Shown here: positions 10,422-22,615 of the stretch, piece after piece
Numbering within the stretch: position 1 is the stretch's first letter
Layout: the number at the start of each line of letters is the position of its first letter
Assembly (NCBI GenBank): GCA_027306755.1
Contig: DAHUZE010000045.1
Span: 317-64,316, forward strand
Direction: 5' to 3'
Origin: Acidimicrobiaceae bacterium
GTDB taxonomy: Bacteria > Actinomycetota > Acidimicrobiia > Acidimicrobiales > RAAP-2
Length of the DNA stretch: 64,000 bases
The notes under the pieces: generated by a model
Database searches by the model: none
What the model saw: only the letters and a program-made list of their open reading frames with translations
Told to the model about the DNA's origin: nothing
Program-made: the position numbers and the translations under genes

Positions 10422-11290
10422 CCACCCGCCGCGAGGCCCAGGAGGCCCTGGCCCTCCGCCTGGGGTCGACGCAGGAAGCACGCTGGATGGTGGCCGAGGT
10501 CCTCGGCCCCTCGGGGCCAGGGGGAGCGCCGCTTGAAGGTCACGCCGCCGAGCGCCTGTCGGCCATGGCGGCCCGGCGCTGCGCGGGTGAGCCTCTCCAG
10601 TACGTCCTGGGCAGCTGGGCGTTCCGGACCCTCGAGCTGGCGGTGGACCGCCGGGCGCTGATCCCGCGACCCGAGACCGAGGAGGTGGCCGGGGCCGCAA
10701 TAACGGAGGCGCGGCGCGCTGGTGCGGGCGTCGAGCACCCGGTTCTGGTGGACCTCGGCACGGGGACGGGAGCCATCGCGCTCTCGTTGGCCGTGGAGCT
10801 GGAAGGGGTGCTCCCGGGCCTCCAGGTATGGGCGACGGACGCCGATGCGGGGGCGCTCGCCCTGGCGGCGGAGAACCGGGCACGCGTTGCTGCTCGCCAT
10901 CGGGGCGCGGCCGAGCGGGTCAGGCTCCGGCTGGGATCGTGGTTCGGCGCGCTTCCCGGGGAGCTGGCCGGGCGGGTCCAGGTGGTGGTGGCCAACCCGC
11001 CGCACGTGAGCGAGGAGGAGTGGGGCCACCTGGACCCTGCGGTCCGTTCGGAGCCGCGCCAGGCGCTCGTCGCCGCGGCGTCCGGTGACGGGACGCCCGG
11101 CATGGCCGCCGTGGAGGCGGTGCTCGCCGGGGCCCGGGGCTGGCTCGCCCGGGACGGCGCGGTCGTGGTCGAGCTGTCGCCGGCGCAGGCGCCGGCCGCG
11201 GAAGCCCTGGCCGTGTCGCTGGGCTACGCCGACGTCCGGGTGCGGCGCGACCTCGCCGGTCGTGACCGAGCCGTCGTAGCGCGGTCGTGA
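10418..11290 (+). CDS. prmC: release-factor glutamine N5-methyltransferase (HemK/PrmC family)
   Basis: SAM-binding LVDLGTGTGAIAL, catalytic-loop position reads VVANPPHV, and the gene sits directly after prfA. GTGA overlap with the prfA stop. Confidence 0.85.
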   Translation: MTTRREAQEALALRLGSTQEARWMVAEVLGPSGPGGAPLEGHAAERLSAMAARRCAGEPLQYVLGSWAFRTLELAVDRRALIPRPETEEVAGAAITEARRAGAGVEHPVLVDLGTGTGAIALSLAVELEGVLPGLQVWATDADAGALALAAENRARVAARHRGAAERVRLRLGSWFGALPGELAGRVQVVVANPPHVSEEEWGHLDPAVRSEPRQALVAAASGDGTPGMAAVEAVLAGARGWLARDGAVVVELSPAQAPAAEALAVSLGYADVRVRRDLAGRDRAVVARS

Positions 11291-11925
11291 CAGGCCCGGA
11301 GCACGCGCTGCCGGCGGTGGTGGGGGCCGGGGATCCCGCGACGCTCGAGCTGGCAGCGGCTGCGCTCGAGGCGGGGAGCGTCGTCGCCATCCCTACCGAC
11401 ACGGTGTACGGCCTGGGGGCGAGCATCGGGCATCCTGGTGCCATGGAGGCGGTGTTCCGCGCCAAGGGCCGGCCGGAGGGACTGGCCCTTCCCGTGGTGG
11501 TCGGGCGCTGGCGCCAGGCGCGGGACGTGGCGGCCCAGTGGCCGAAGACGGCATCCCAGCTGGCCGCCAGGTTCTGGCCGGGCGCCCTGACCGTGGTCGT
11601 CCCGGTGGACCCGGAGCTGGGGCGCCTCCTGGGCGGCGGTGGGACCACCGTGGGCCTGCGGGAGCCCGATCACCGGTTCGTGCGGGCGCTGTGCCGGCTG
11701 GCCGGCCCGATCGCCCTCACCAGCGCAAACCGCCACGGGGAGCCGCCCTGCGCAACCGCGGAGGAGGTCCGGCGGGCGTTCCGGGGCGAGGACATCGCCC
11801 TGGTTGTGGACGGGGGCCGATGCGAGGGCGCGCCGTCCACGGTGGCCGACTGCACGGTGACGCCGCCCGCCTGCCTGAGGGACGGCGCCATCGACTGGTC
11901 CTGGATCGAGGCGTCGCTCCGCTGA
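11287..11925 (+). CDS. tsaC: L-threonylcarbamoyladenylate synthase (YrdC/TsaC-type, no Sua5 C-domain)
   Basis: YrdC-domain motifs VVAIPTDTVYGLGA and GPIALTSANRHGEP. GTGA overlap with the prmC stop. Confidence 0.8.
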   Translation: MTGPEHALPAVVGAGDPATLELAAAALEAGSVVAIPTDTVYGLGASIGHPGAMEAVFRAKGRPEGLALPVVVGRWRQARDVAAQWPKTASQLAARFWPGALTVVVPVDPELGRLLGGGGTTVGLREPDHRFVRALCRLAGPIALTSANRHGEPPCATAEEVRRAFRGEDIALVVDGGRCEGAPSTVADCTVTPPACLRDGAIDWSWIEASLR

Positions 11926-11954
11926 CGCGCCGCACCGGGCGGCCGCCGCGGCCG

Positions 11955-12024
11955 GACGCCCAGCTCGCACGACGCCCAGCTCGCACGACCCGAGCCGGCC
12001 CGCACGCCCCGAGCCGGCCCGCAG
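11955..12024. repeat. two adjacent tandem duplications in the tsaC-glyA spacer (16 bp x2, then 19 bp x2)
   Basis: gacgcccagctcgcac at 11955..11970 and 11971..11986. gacccgagccggcccgcac at 11987..12005 and gccccgagccggcccgcag at 12006..12024. Confidence 0.9.
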
Positions 12025-12106
12025 GCGCCGGTAGAGTGGGCAGCATGGCACCCCCAGCGGGCTCCGGCTCATCTTGCCGTTCGGCGGCCGAGGGGGGTGC
12101 CCGGCG

Positions 12107-13429
12107 ATGACGGTCTCGGCCACGCCGTTTGCTCCGTGGCTGGGGGCCGACCCCGCCGTCGCCCGGCTCCTCGCCGCAGAGGCCGAGCGCCAGTCGACCA
12201 CGCTGCAGCTGATCGCCTCTGAGAACTTCACCTCCCCGGCGGTGCTCGCCGCCACCGGCTCGGTCCTCACCAACAAGTACGCCGAGGGCTATCCCCACCG
12301 CCGCTACTACGGCGGAAACCGCGTGATCGACGAGGTGGAGGATCTGGCGCGGTCCCGTGCGACGGCGCTGTTCGGAGCCGACCACGCCAACGTGCAGCCG
12401 CATGCCGGCGCCAATGCCAATCTGGCCGTCTACCAGGCGTTGCTGCAGCCGGGGGACACCGTGCTGGCGATGCGGCTGGACCACGGAGGCCACTTGACGC
12501 ACGGCTCGCCGGCCTCCATCACCTCCAAGATCTGGCGGTTCGTCTCCTACGGCGTGACCCCGGCCTCCGAGGACGGCACCGGCGAGGTCATCGACTTCGA
12601 CCAGGTTGCCGACGTGGCCAAGCGGGAGCAGCCGAAGCTGATCGTGGCCGGGTCCACGGCGTACAGCCGGGTGATCGACCCGGCACCCTTCCGGGAGATC
12701 GCCCAGGCGGTGGGCGCCATGTTCATGTTCGACGCCGCCCACCCGGCCGGCCTCATCGCGGGCGGCGCCCACCCGTCCCCCGTGGGACTGGCCGACGTCG
12801 TGACGTTCACCACCCACAAGACGCTGCGGGGCCCGCGGGGCGGCGCCATCCTCTGCCGCGCCGACCTGGCCAAGGCCATCGACGGCGCCGTCTTCCCCGG
12901 ATTGCAGGGGGGGCCGCTCGAGCACGTGGTGGCGGCCAAGGCGGTGGCGTTCGGGGAGGCTGGCGCCCCGGAGTTCCCCCGGTACGCGGCCGCTGTCGTC
13001 GCCAATGCGCGGGCCCTGGCCGAATCCATGTCCGCCGAGGGGTTCAGGCTCGTCTCGGGGGGCACCGACAACCACATGATCCTGGTGGACCTGCGCCCGT
13101 TCGACCCCGAGCTGACCGGCAAGGAAGCCCAGGAAGTGCTCGACCGCGCCGGCATCACCTGCAACCGCAACACCATCCCGGACGACCCCCGCTCGCCGTT
13201 CGTCACGTCCGGCCTGCGGTTGGGGACGGCGGCTGAGACGACCGCGGGGATGGGCCCGGCGGAGATGGCCCGGATCGCGTCGTTGATCGGGCGGACGCTA
13301 CGGGCCCGGTCGGACGAGGAGGCGGTCGCGGGGATCCGGGCGGACGTCCGGGACCTGTGCGCCGACTTCCCGCCCTATCCCTCCCTGGTGGGCCTCGACG
13401 GGTCGCAGGGGGCGGCCGGCGCCGGCTAG
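12107..13429 (+). CDS. glyA: serine hydroxymethyltransferase
   Basis: [26 protein letters not shown], and PLP-lysine region [18 protein letters not shown] 12107 preferred over 12074 because a GAGGGGGG run precedes it. Confidence 0.95.
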   Translation: MTVSATPFAPWLGADPAVARLLAAEAERQSTTLQLIASENFTSPAVLAATGSVLTNKYAEGYPHRRYYGGNRVIDEVEDLARSRATALFGADHANVQPHAGANANLAVYQALLQPGDTVLAMRLDHGGHLTHGSPASITSKIWRFVSYGVTPASEDGTGEVIDFDQVADVAKREQPKLIVAGSTAYSRVIDPAPFREIAQAVGAMFMFDAAHPAGLIAGGAHPSPVGLADVVTFTTHKTLRGPRGGAILCRADLAKAIDGAVFPGLQGGPLEHVVAAKAVAFGEAGAPEFPRYAAAVVANARALAESMSAEGFRLVSGGTDNHMILVDLRPFDPELTGKEAQEVLDRAGITCNRNTIPDDPRSPFVTSGLRLGTAAETTAGMGPAEMARIASLIGRTLRARSDEEAVAGIRADVRDLCADFPPYPSLVGLDGSQGAAGAG

Positions 13430-13441
13430 GCCGGCATCGGG

Positions 13442-14878
13442 ATGCCTGAAATCGGCTGGTACGCCGTCGTTCTCGCGGTGGCTGCCGGGGTCACCGCCCT
13501 CGCCTGGTCCCCCGCGGCGTGGCTCGCCCGCAAGGCCGGGTACGTGGCCCTGCCCGGCGACCGCAAGATCCACGCCGCCACCACCCCCTACGGCGGCGGC
13601 CCCGCCATGTTCCTCGGCTTCCTCTTGGCCATGATCGTGGCCTCGGCCCTGCACCCGCTGCACCCGCTGTTCATGAGCTCCTCCGAGCCGCTGGGCATCG
13701 TGCTCGCCGGCGGGGCCATCTTTGCCGTGGGTCTCCTGGACGACGCGCGGGACATGTCGGCACCGGCCAAGGTGGCCGGGCAGGTCCTGGCCGCGTCGAT
13801 CCTCTACTTCCTGGGGGTGACGCTCTACTGGTTCAAGGTGCCTCTCGGGGGGCTGGTCACGCTGACCCCCGGCATCACGCCGCTCATCATGGCCCTATGG
13901 GTGATCGCCATCACGAACGCCGTGAACCTCATCGACGGCCTCGACGGGCTGGCCGCCGGGGTGGTGGCCATCGGTGGGGGGGCGCTCGCCGTGTACGGCC
14001 TCCGGCTCATGGAGATCGGGGTGCTGTCCAAGACAAACATCGGCCCGCTCATCGCCGTGCTGGCGTGCGGCATCTGCCTCGGCTTCCTGCCGTTCAATTT
14101 CCACCCGGCCAAGATGTTCATGGGTGACGCGGGCGCGCTGTTGCTCGGACTGCTCATGTCCGCGTCCACGATGGTCATCGGCGGCCGGATCCCGCCCCTG
14201 TCGTCGACGACGGGCACCTCGCCCACTACCGGGCTCACCTACTTCTTCTTCGCTCCGCTGCTCATCCCCTTCTTCATCCTCGGGGTACCGCTGGTGGACA
14301 TGGCCTTCGCCTTCATCCGGCGGACGGCGCGGGGGACCGGGTTCCACACGCCGGACAAGGACCACATCCACCACCGGCTGCTCCGCCTTGGGCACGGCCA
14401 CCGCCGGAGCGTGGTGATCCTGTGGGCGTGGACGGCGATCCTTTCGGGGTTCATCCTCTTCCCGCTGTTCGTGGGGGCGGTGAACCCGTTCATCCCCCTG
14501 GGCGTCGCCCTGCTCGCGGCGGCCCTGTACACGTGGTTCCACCCGAGCCTCCGGCACCGCGAGGGGGACGTGGTCCCTGCGGCCGACGCCATCGCCGCCC
14601 GGCAGGCGGGGCAGCTCGCCCACCCCGTCGCCCCGGGCCGGTTCGCCCGGCCGGAGCGCCCCAGCGGGCCGGAGCGCCCCACCCGGCCGGAGCGCCCCAA
14701 TGGGCCGGAGCGCCCGGCCAGGGCCCTCGCACCGCACCGGGCGAGCAACGGCGCCACCGCCCGCATTCCGGCCGGGACCGGCGGCCAGGGGTCTGCGCCT
14801 CCATCGGCGCCCGGTGCCCGCGGAGCCTCCCGCTGGTCCAGCGATCGTTTTGCCGACCATCCAGACCAGGCGCGATGA
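13442..14878 (+). CDS. wecA: UDP-GlcNAc:undecaprenyl-phosphate GlcNAc-1-phosphate transferase (MraY/WecA family) with a long Pro/Arg-rich C-terminal tail
   Basis: Polytopic membrane protein with NAVNLIDGLDGLAAG and FMGDAGALLLG motifs. Sits in the conserved actinobacterial position immediately upstream of the atp operon. Confidence 0.85.
   Translation: MPEIGWYAVVLAVAAGVTALAWSPAAWLARKAGYVALPGDRKIHAATTPYGGGPAMFLGFLLAMIVASALHPLHPLFMSSSEPLGIVLAGGAIFAVGLLDDARDMSAPAKVAGQVLAASILYFLGVTLYWFKVPLGGLVTLTPGITPLIMALWVIAITNAVNLIDGLDGLAAGVVAIGGGALAVYGLRLMEIGVLSKTNIGPLIAVLACGICLGFLPFNFHPAKMFMGDAGALLLGLLMSASTMVIGGRIPPLSSTTGTSPTTGLTYFFFAPLLIPFFILGVPLVDMAFAFIRRTARGTGFHTPDKDHIHHRLLRLGHGHRRSVVILWAWTAILSGFILFPLFVGAVNPFIPLGVALLAAALYTWFHPSLRHREGDVVPAADAIAARQAGQLAHPVAPGRFARPERPSGPERPTRPERPNGPERPARALAPHRASNGATARIPAGTGGQGSAPPSAPGARGASRWSSDRFADHPDQAR
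14651..14722 (+). repeat. 18-bp tandem repeat x4 (ccggagcgccccNNNNgg) in the wecA 3' tail
   Basis: Read directly; encodes PERPSG-PERPTR-PERPNG-PERPAR. Confidence 0.9.
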
Positions 14879-15022
14879 TGGCCGCCGTGTCCACATCCCA
14901 GCCAGCCGCCGTTCGCGGCGCAGGCCGCCGGACCGGGCGCGCGGGCAACCGCACGGCCGAGTGAACGCGGGGCATCGGGTTGGTGCAACGCACCTCAGCT
15001 CGGCCTAGCGCGGCCGGACGAC

Positions 15023-15271
15023 ATGACGCCGCAGCAACCCCCCGTGCCGGAGCCGGCCCGCGCTGCCTCATCGCCGAAACGGGCGCCCAGGCTGGGCGAC
15101 CTCTTCTGGGTTGGGACGGCGTGTGCCCTGGCCATCATCCTGGGCGGCGGGATCGGGTACGCCTTGGACGCGGCCTTCCACACGGTGCCATGGCTCACGA
15201 TCGCCGGCCTCGCGTTCGGTGTAATCTCGGCCGTCCTGCTGGCCGTCAACCAATTTCGCAGGTATCTCTGA
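15023..15271 (+). CDS. AtpZ/ATPase_gene1-like small membrane protein
   Basis: 82 aa with two TM segments, GDLFWVGTACALAIILGGGIGYALD...PWLTIAGLAFGVISAVLLAV, resembling the small proteins encoded at the head of atp operons. Confidence 0.55.
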   Translation: MTPQQPPVPEPARAASSPKRAPRLGDLFWVGTACALAIILGGGIGYALDAAFHTVPWLTIAGLAFGVISAVLLAVNQFRRYL

Positions 15272-15362
15272 GGGGCAGGCCCTACACTGCCGCCGGCGAC
15301 GCCCAGGGGCGGCCTCCGGCCGGGGTCGCCACGCGGGGCGGGACCTGAGAGAGAGAAAGCAC

Positions 15363-15917
15363 GTGTTCGAACAGTCCAACCTGCCCGACGTGGCCGCAGT
15401 GGCGCGTCGCACCATGGTCGGCGCGCTCGTCGTGGGCGTCGTCGGCCTGGCGATGCTGCTCTTCTTCAACCAGCCGTGGGCGGCGCTCGGCCTCTGCATC
15501 GGACTTGCCATGGGCATGGGCAACTTCCGGCTGATCGTCCGGTCGGTGGTGAAGGTCGGCAAGCGGTCCCAGTCCAACAAGCGGAGGCCGCTGGCCATCA
15601 ACACGCTGGGACGGTTGATGGCCATGACCGTCATCGCTCTCGTGGTGGTGTGGTTCGTCACCCCGCTGGGCTTCGGCATGGTGGGCGGCATGGCGCTGTT
15701 CCAGTTCATCCTGCTCGCCAACGTCACCCGGTCGATGATCAAGGCCGGTGGCGGTGGCGGCGGCGCCGGCCTCTTGTTCGGGGCCATGGCATCGCGTGGG
15801 CTCGGGTTCGACGGTGCGGAGAGCGACGGGACCGCCGGCGGCGACAGGCCCCAGGCTCTCGACGCTCCTTCCGGACCGGTGAGCGACCTTTCCGAGGACG
15901 GGCGGGGAGCAGCCTGA
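15363..15917 (+). CDS. atpI: ATP synthase protein I (AtpI-like) membrane protein
   Basis: 184 aa with four hydrophobic segments, directly preceding atpB. GTG start. Gly-rich, acidic C-terminal tail. Confidence 0.55.
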   Translation: MFEQSNLPDVAAVARRTMVGALVVGVVGLAMLLFFNQPWAALGLCIGLAMGMGNFRLIVRSVVKVGKRSQSNKRRPLAINTLGRLMAMTVIALVVVWFVTPLGFGMVGGMALFQFILLANVTRSMIKAGGGGGGAGLLFGAMASRGLGFDGAESDGTAGGDRPQALDAPSGPVSDLSEDGRGAA

Positions 15918-15920
15918 TCG

Positions 15921-16712
15921 ATGGCGTTCCCCCTGGGCCCGTCGGCCCTCCACTCGTTCCTGGCGGTCGACATCACGGTGGGCACACACCTCACCACCAA
16001 GATCGCCGGCTTGACCATCAACCTGGACACCGTCTGGGCGACCGGAGTTGCCGTCATCGTGCTGGTCGTCATGGTCCTGCTCCTGCGCCGCAAGTCGGCC
16101 GGCCCCGTGCCCTCCAAGTACAAGCTGGTCTGGGAGATGGGGGTGGACACGGTCACCCGGCAGGTCGAGGGGTCCATCGGACCTGCCGGCCGGTCCGTCA
16201 TCCCGCTGGCCCTGGCCCTTTTCCTGTTCATCTTCGTGGCCAACTTCTTCGAGATCTTCGGCGTCGGCAGCAAGTACGAGATCTTGGGGCCGCCCACCGC
16301 GGACGTGAACCTGCCGCTCGCCATGTCGCTCTTCGTGATCGCCTGGGTCCACATCGCATCGGTGCGCACCCGCGGCATCGGCGGCTACATGCGGCACTAC
16401 TTTGCACAGCCGTTCCCCAAGTACCTCTTTCCGTTCAACGGCTTCATCAACGTGGTGGAGGAGCTCGCCAAGCCGGTCACTCTGGCTCTCCGGCTCTTCG
16501 GGAACCTGTTCTCCGGCGGCCTGATGCTGACCCTGATCGCCGCCCTCGGCGCCTGGAAGCTGGGCGCCGTGCCGATCGGCGACGTAGCCACCCTGATCTT
16601 CGACGTTGTCTGGAAGCTCTTCGATGTCTTCCTCATCGGCCCGATCCAGGCCTTCATCTTTGCTCTCTTGACCATCCTGTACTTCGACACCGCGATGGCG
16701 ACGGACCATTGA
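15921..16712 (+). CDS. atpB: F0F1 ATP synthase subunit a
   Basis: Conserved Arg helix VTLALRLFGNLFSGGLM; polytopic; correct operon position. Confidence 0.95.
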   Translation: MAFPLGPSALHSFLAVDITVGTHLTTKIAGLTINLDTVWATGVAVIVLVVMVLLLRRKSAGPVPSKYKLVWEMGVDTVTRQVEGSIGPAGRSVIPLALALFLFIFVANFFEIFGVGSKYEILGPPTADVNLPLAMSLFVIAWVHIASVRTRGIGGYMRHYFAQPFPKYLFPFNGFINVVEELAKPVTLALRLFGNLFSGGLMLTLIAALGAWKLGAVPIGDVATLIFDVVWKLFDVFLIGPIQAFIFALLTILYFDTAMATDH

Positions 16713-16753
16713 CCCGTCGACAGCAGCTCTCAACTCGAGGAGAAAGGTAAGAA

Positions 16754-17014
16754 ATGGCAGCTTCTTCGCAGTACGCGACGCAGATCGCCGGCGCCATGAT
16801 CGGCGGCGGCCTGGCGCTCGGCGGCGGTGCCATCGGCGCCGCGGTCGGGGACGGCCTCGCCGGCAGCCAGACCATCGCCGGTGTGGCCCGCCAACCCGAG
16901 GCCCAGGGACGCCTGTTCACCATCATGTTCCTGACCGTCGGCCTGGTGGAGGCGATGTACTTCATCAACCTCGCCTTCACCGTGCTCTTCGTCTTCGTCC
17001 TCTACAAGAAGTAG
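16754..17014 (+). CDS. atpE: F0F1 ATP synthase subunit c
   Basis: 86-aa hairpin with loop ARQPE and the ion-binding Glu in VGLVEAMYF. Confidence 0.95.
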   Translation: MAASSQYATQIAGAMIGGGLALGGGAIGAAVGDGLAGSQTIAGVARQPEAQGRLFTIMFLTVGLVEAMYFINLAFTVLFVFVLYKK

Positions 17015-17043
17015 TCGGGGGGGGAAGCGCAGAGGAGCGCAGC

Positions 17044-17592
17044 GTGATGGTTTCGGGCATCTTCATCGTCCCCAACGGGACGTTCATCGTCGAGGTGGTC
17101 GCCTTCGTCATCGTGCTCGCCGTGGTGGCCAAGTACGCCGTTCCCTTGGTGAACTCGCAGCTGCAGGAGCGCCAGGACGCCATCGCCGCGGAGTTGGCTG
17201 CGGCGGACGAGGCGAAATCCGAGGCGGAGGCCCAGGACGAGGAGCGCCGTGCCGAGCTGGAGCGGGCACGCGCCCGCGCCCGCGAGATCGTCGAACAGGC
17301 GGAGCACACGGCCAGCCGCCTGACCGAAGACGCCAAGGCACGCGGCCAGCGGGAGTACGAGGAGCGGGTCGCCAGCGCGGAGGCGGAGGTCCGCCTGGCC
17401 CGCCAGCGGGCACTGGAGGAGGCGGCCCAGAGCCTGGGCGGCGTGGTCGTGGACGTGGTCGAGCGCATCATCGGGCGCGAGGTCGATTCCGCCGCCCACA
17501 GCGACCTCATCGGCGAGGCCGTGCGGGCGCTCGTCGGGGGACCCGGCTCGCCGGCCGGAGGGGCTGCCTCGGCGACCGACGGGAACCTGTGA
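17044..17592 (+). CDS. atpF: F0F1 ATP synthase subunit b
   Basis: A single N-terminal TM segment followed by a long charged Ala/Glu/Arg helix. Operon position fits. Confidence 0.9.
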   Translation: MMVSGIFIVPNGTFIVEVVAFVIVLAVVAKYAVPLVNSQLQERQDAIAAELAAADEAKSEAEAQDEERRAELERARARAREIVEQAEHTASRLTEDAKARGQREYEERVASAEAEVRLARQRALEEAAQSLGGVVVDVVERIIGREVDSAAHSDLIGEAVRALVGGPGSPAGGAASATDGNL

Positions 17593-18596
17593 ACCCGTCG
17601 ATCCAGGGCTACACGGCCGCCATCCTCGACACGCTCGACGGCCGGGGCCGCGCCGCGCTGGCGGGGGACATGGCCCTGGTCGACCGGCTCTTCGGCCGGG
17701 ATCCCCAGCTCCGGGCGGCGCTGACCGATCCCGCCGTCCCCGGACCGTCCCGGCGCGTGGTGCTGGGCGAGCTGCTCGAGGGGAAGGTCAGCCCGGCCGC
17801 GGTCCGTCTCACGGCCTACGCCGCCGGCGCCGTGCACGGGCCCGAGGTGCCCGGCGCAGTGGCCTGGGTGGCCGCACGCGTCCGCCAGGTGGTCGAGCGG
17901 GGCACATCGGCCGAGGAGCTGCTCGGCCACCGTGGTGCCCGCGCCCGCGTGGGCGGGTACGCCGGCGCGGTGTTCGAGGACATCGCCACCGAGGAGCTCG
18001 AGGAGGTCGAGGACGAGCTGTTCCGGTTCGCCCGGACCGTTGACGCCACGGCGCCGCTGCGCACTGCTCTCGGGGACCGTGACCTGCCTCCCGAGGTGCG
18101 GCGGGCGCTCGTGGACCAGCTCCTGTCGGGCAAGGTCCGACCGGCCACGTTGCGCCTGGTGGACTACGCCGTCGTGGGCGGCCGGCCACGCGACGTGGTG
18201 GGCACGCTGGACTGGCTGGTGGAGGAGACCGCCCGGGCCCGGGGTTGGCGGGTGGCCCGGGTGCGGTCCGGCCAGGAGGTCGACCGTGACGAGCGGGCCA
18301 TGCTGGAGCAGACGCTCACCCGGCTCACGGGTTCGCCGGTCGAGCTGCAGGTGACCGTGGATCCGGCCCTGCTGGCCGGCGTGGACGTGGAGATCGGGGA
18401 CCTCCACCTGGATGCAACCGCACGCGGCCGCCTGGAGCGGCTGCGCGAGCACGTTGTGGTGGGGGGATGGCAGGACCTGGGGTTCGGGCGGTCGGCGCGG
18501 TCCACGGCCGGGGTGGCGGAGCCACCGGATCAGGATGCCACCGCCCAGCCGGACGGCGAAGGCGGCGGCACCGCCGGCGATCGAGCGCGAGATTGA
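17589..18596 (+). CDS. atpH: F0F1 ATP synthase subunit delta (OSCP) with internally duplicated N-domain and C-terminal tail
   Basis: 335 aa. OSCP-like C-terminus [35 protein letters not shown]. The N-terminal helical module occurs twice (see findings). GTGA overlap with atpF. Confidence 0.85.
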   Translation: MNPSIQGYTAAILDTLDGRGRAALAGDMALVDRLFGRDPQLRAALTDPAVPGPSRRVVLGELLEGKVSPAAVRLTAYAAGAVHGPEVPGAVAWVAARVRQVVERGTSAEELLGHRGARARVGGYAGAVFEDIATEELEEVEDELFRFARTVDATAPLRTALGDRDLPPEVRRALVDQLLSGKVRPATLRLVDYAVVGGRPRDVVGTLDWLVEETARARGWRVARVRSGQEVDRDERAMLEQTLTRLTGSPVELQVTVDPALLAGVDVEIGDLHLDATARGRLERLREHVVVGGWQDLGFGRSARSTAGVAEPPDQDATAQPDGEGGGTAGDRARD

Positions 18597-18612
18597 GAGG
18601 ACGGAGCGGAAC

Positions 18613-20136
<1,524 letters not shown>

Positions 20137-20140
20137 GGCG

Positions 20141-21160
20141 ATGGCCGGTGGCCAGGAGCGCGCGCTGCGGCGACGGATCCGCAGCGTCCAGTCCACGAAG
20201 AAGATCACCAAGGCGATGGAGCTCATCGCCGCCTCCCAGATCGTCCGGTCGCTGAACCGGATGAACGCCAACCGCCCGTACAGGGAGGGCATGGCCCGGC
20301 TGGTGGTGGAGGCGGCCAAGGGCGACCCGGCAGCCGCCCGGTCCCTGCTCGGCGTGCCCGAGGAGCGCAGCCGCGTGGCCGTGCTCGCCATCGTCGGCGA
20401 CCGGGGGCTCTCCGGCGCGTACAACTCGTCCACGCTCCGGGCCACCGAGCGCCTCTTGGGCTCGCTCGAGCGCCAGGGGGCCGAGACGCGGCTGTTCACC
20501 GTGGGGAAGAAAGCCCCCGCGTACTTCCGGTTCCGCAATCTGGAGGTGGAGCGGTCGTTCGTGGGCATGAGCGAGCGCCCCCAGTGGGCCGACGCCCGGC
20601 AGGTGGCCGCCACGGTGGTCGCCCCCTTCGTGGCCCACGGGGTGGACCAGGTCCTCCTGGTCTCCACCCGGCACCGGTCAGCCGGCTCCCAGGCGGTGGA
20701 GATCCGCCAGCTGCTGCCCCTGCCCGAGCCGGGCAGGGGAGCCCTCGACGCCGATGGTCGCAGCCCCGAGGGCGGCGAGCGGGCCGATGGGCAACGTGCT
20801 GGCGCCGCGGCCGCCGACGGCGCGGGCTCTGCGGTGGCGGGAGCGGCCGGCGGGGGATCGAGCGGGCAGCCAGCGCCGGACAGCGGCGGCTACACCGAGT
20901 TCGAGCCCGACGTCGAGACGCTGCTGGCACAGCTGGCCCCCCGGGCCGTGGAGTCGGAGATCTTTGCCGCCATGCTCGAGGGTGCGGCATCGTTCTTCAC
21001 CGCACAGCAGCGGGCGATGGCCGCGGCCAGCGACAATGCCGACGAGCTGGTGAAGACGCTCACCCGCGTCATGAACCGCGCCCGGCAGGATGCCATCACC
21101 ACCGAGATCATGGAGATCGTGGGCGGGGCGGAAGCGCTCCGCCAGTCGAAGGGAGCCTGA
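20141..21160 (+). CDS. atpG: F0F1 ATP synthase subunit gamma with a ~55-aa low-complexity insertion
   Basis: N-terminus RRRIRSVQSTKKITKAMELIAASQI and C-terminus NRARQDAITTEIMEIVGGAEAL. ATG 20141 lies 4 nt after the atpA stop. Confidence 0.95.
   Translation: MAGGQERALRRRIRSVQSTKKITKAMELIAASQIVRSLNRMNANRPYREGMARLVVEAAKGDPAAARSLLGVPEERSRVAVLAIVGDRGLSGAYNSSTLRATERLLGSLERQGAETRLFTVGKKAPAYFRFRNLEVERSFVGMSERPQWADARQVAATVVAPFVAHGVDQVLLVSTRHRSAGSQAVEIRQLLPLPEPGRGALDADGRSPEGGERADGQRAGAAAADGAGSAVAGAAGGGSSGQPAPDSGGYTEFEPDVETLLAQLAPRAVESEIFAAMLEGAASFFTAQQRAMAAASDNADELVKTLTRVMNRARQDAITTEIMEIVGGAEALRQSKGA

Positions 21161-22614
<1,454 letters not shown>

Positions 22615-22615
<1 letters not shown>

Noticed and set aside
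11926-12106. Possible riboswitch (ZTP/pfl, THF, glycine) upstream of glyA
   Set aside because: I could not find the conserved cores of these classes in the spacer; only tandem duplications are evident.
14879-15022. atp operon promoter (TTGGTG...TAGCGC near 14978..15007)
   Set aside because: The -10 candidate lacks the invariant final T and the spacing is poor, so this is not reported as a feature.
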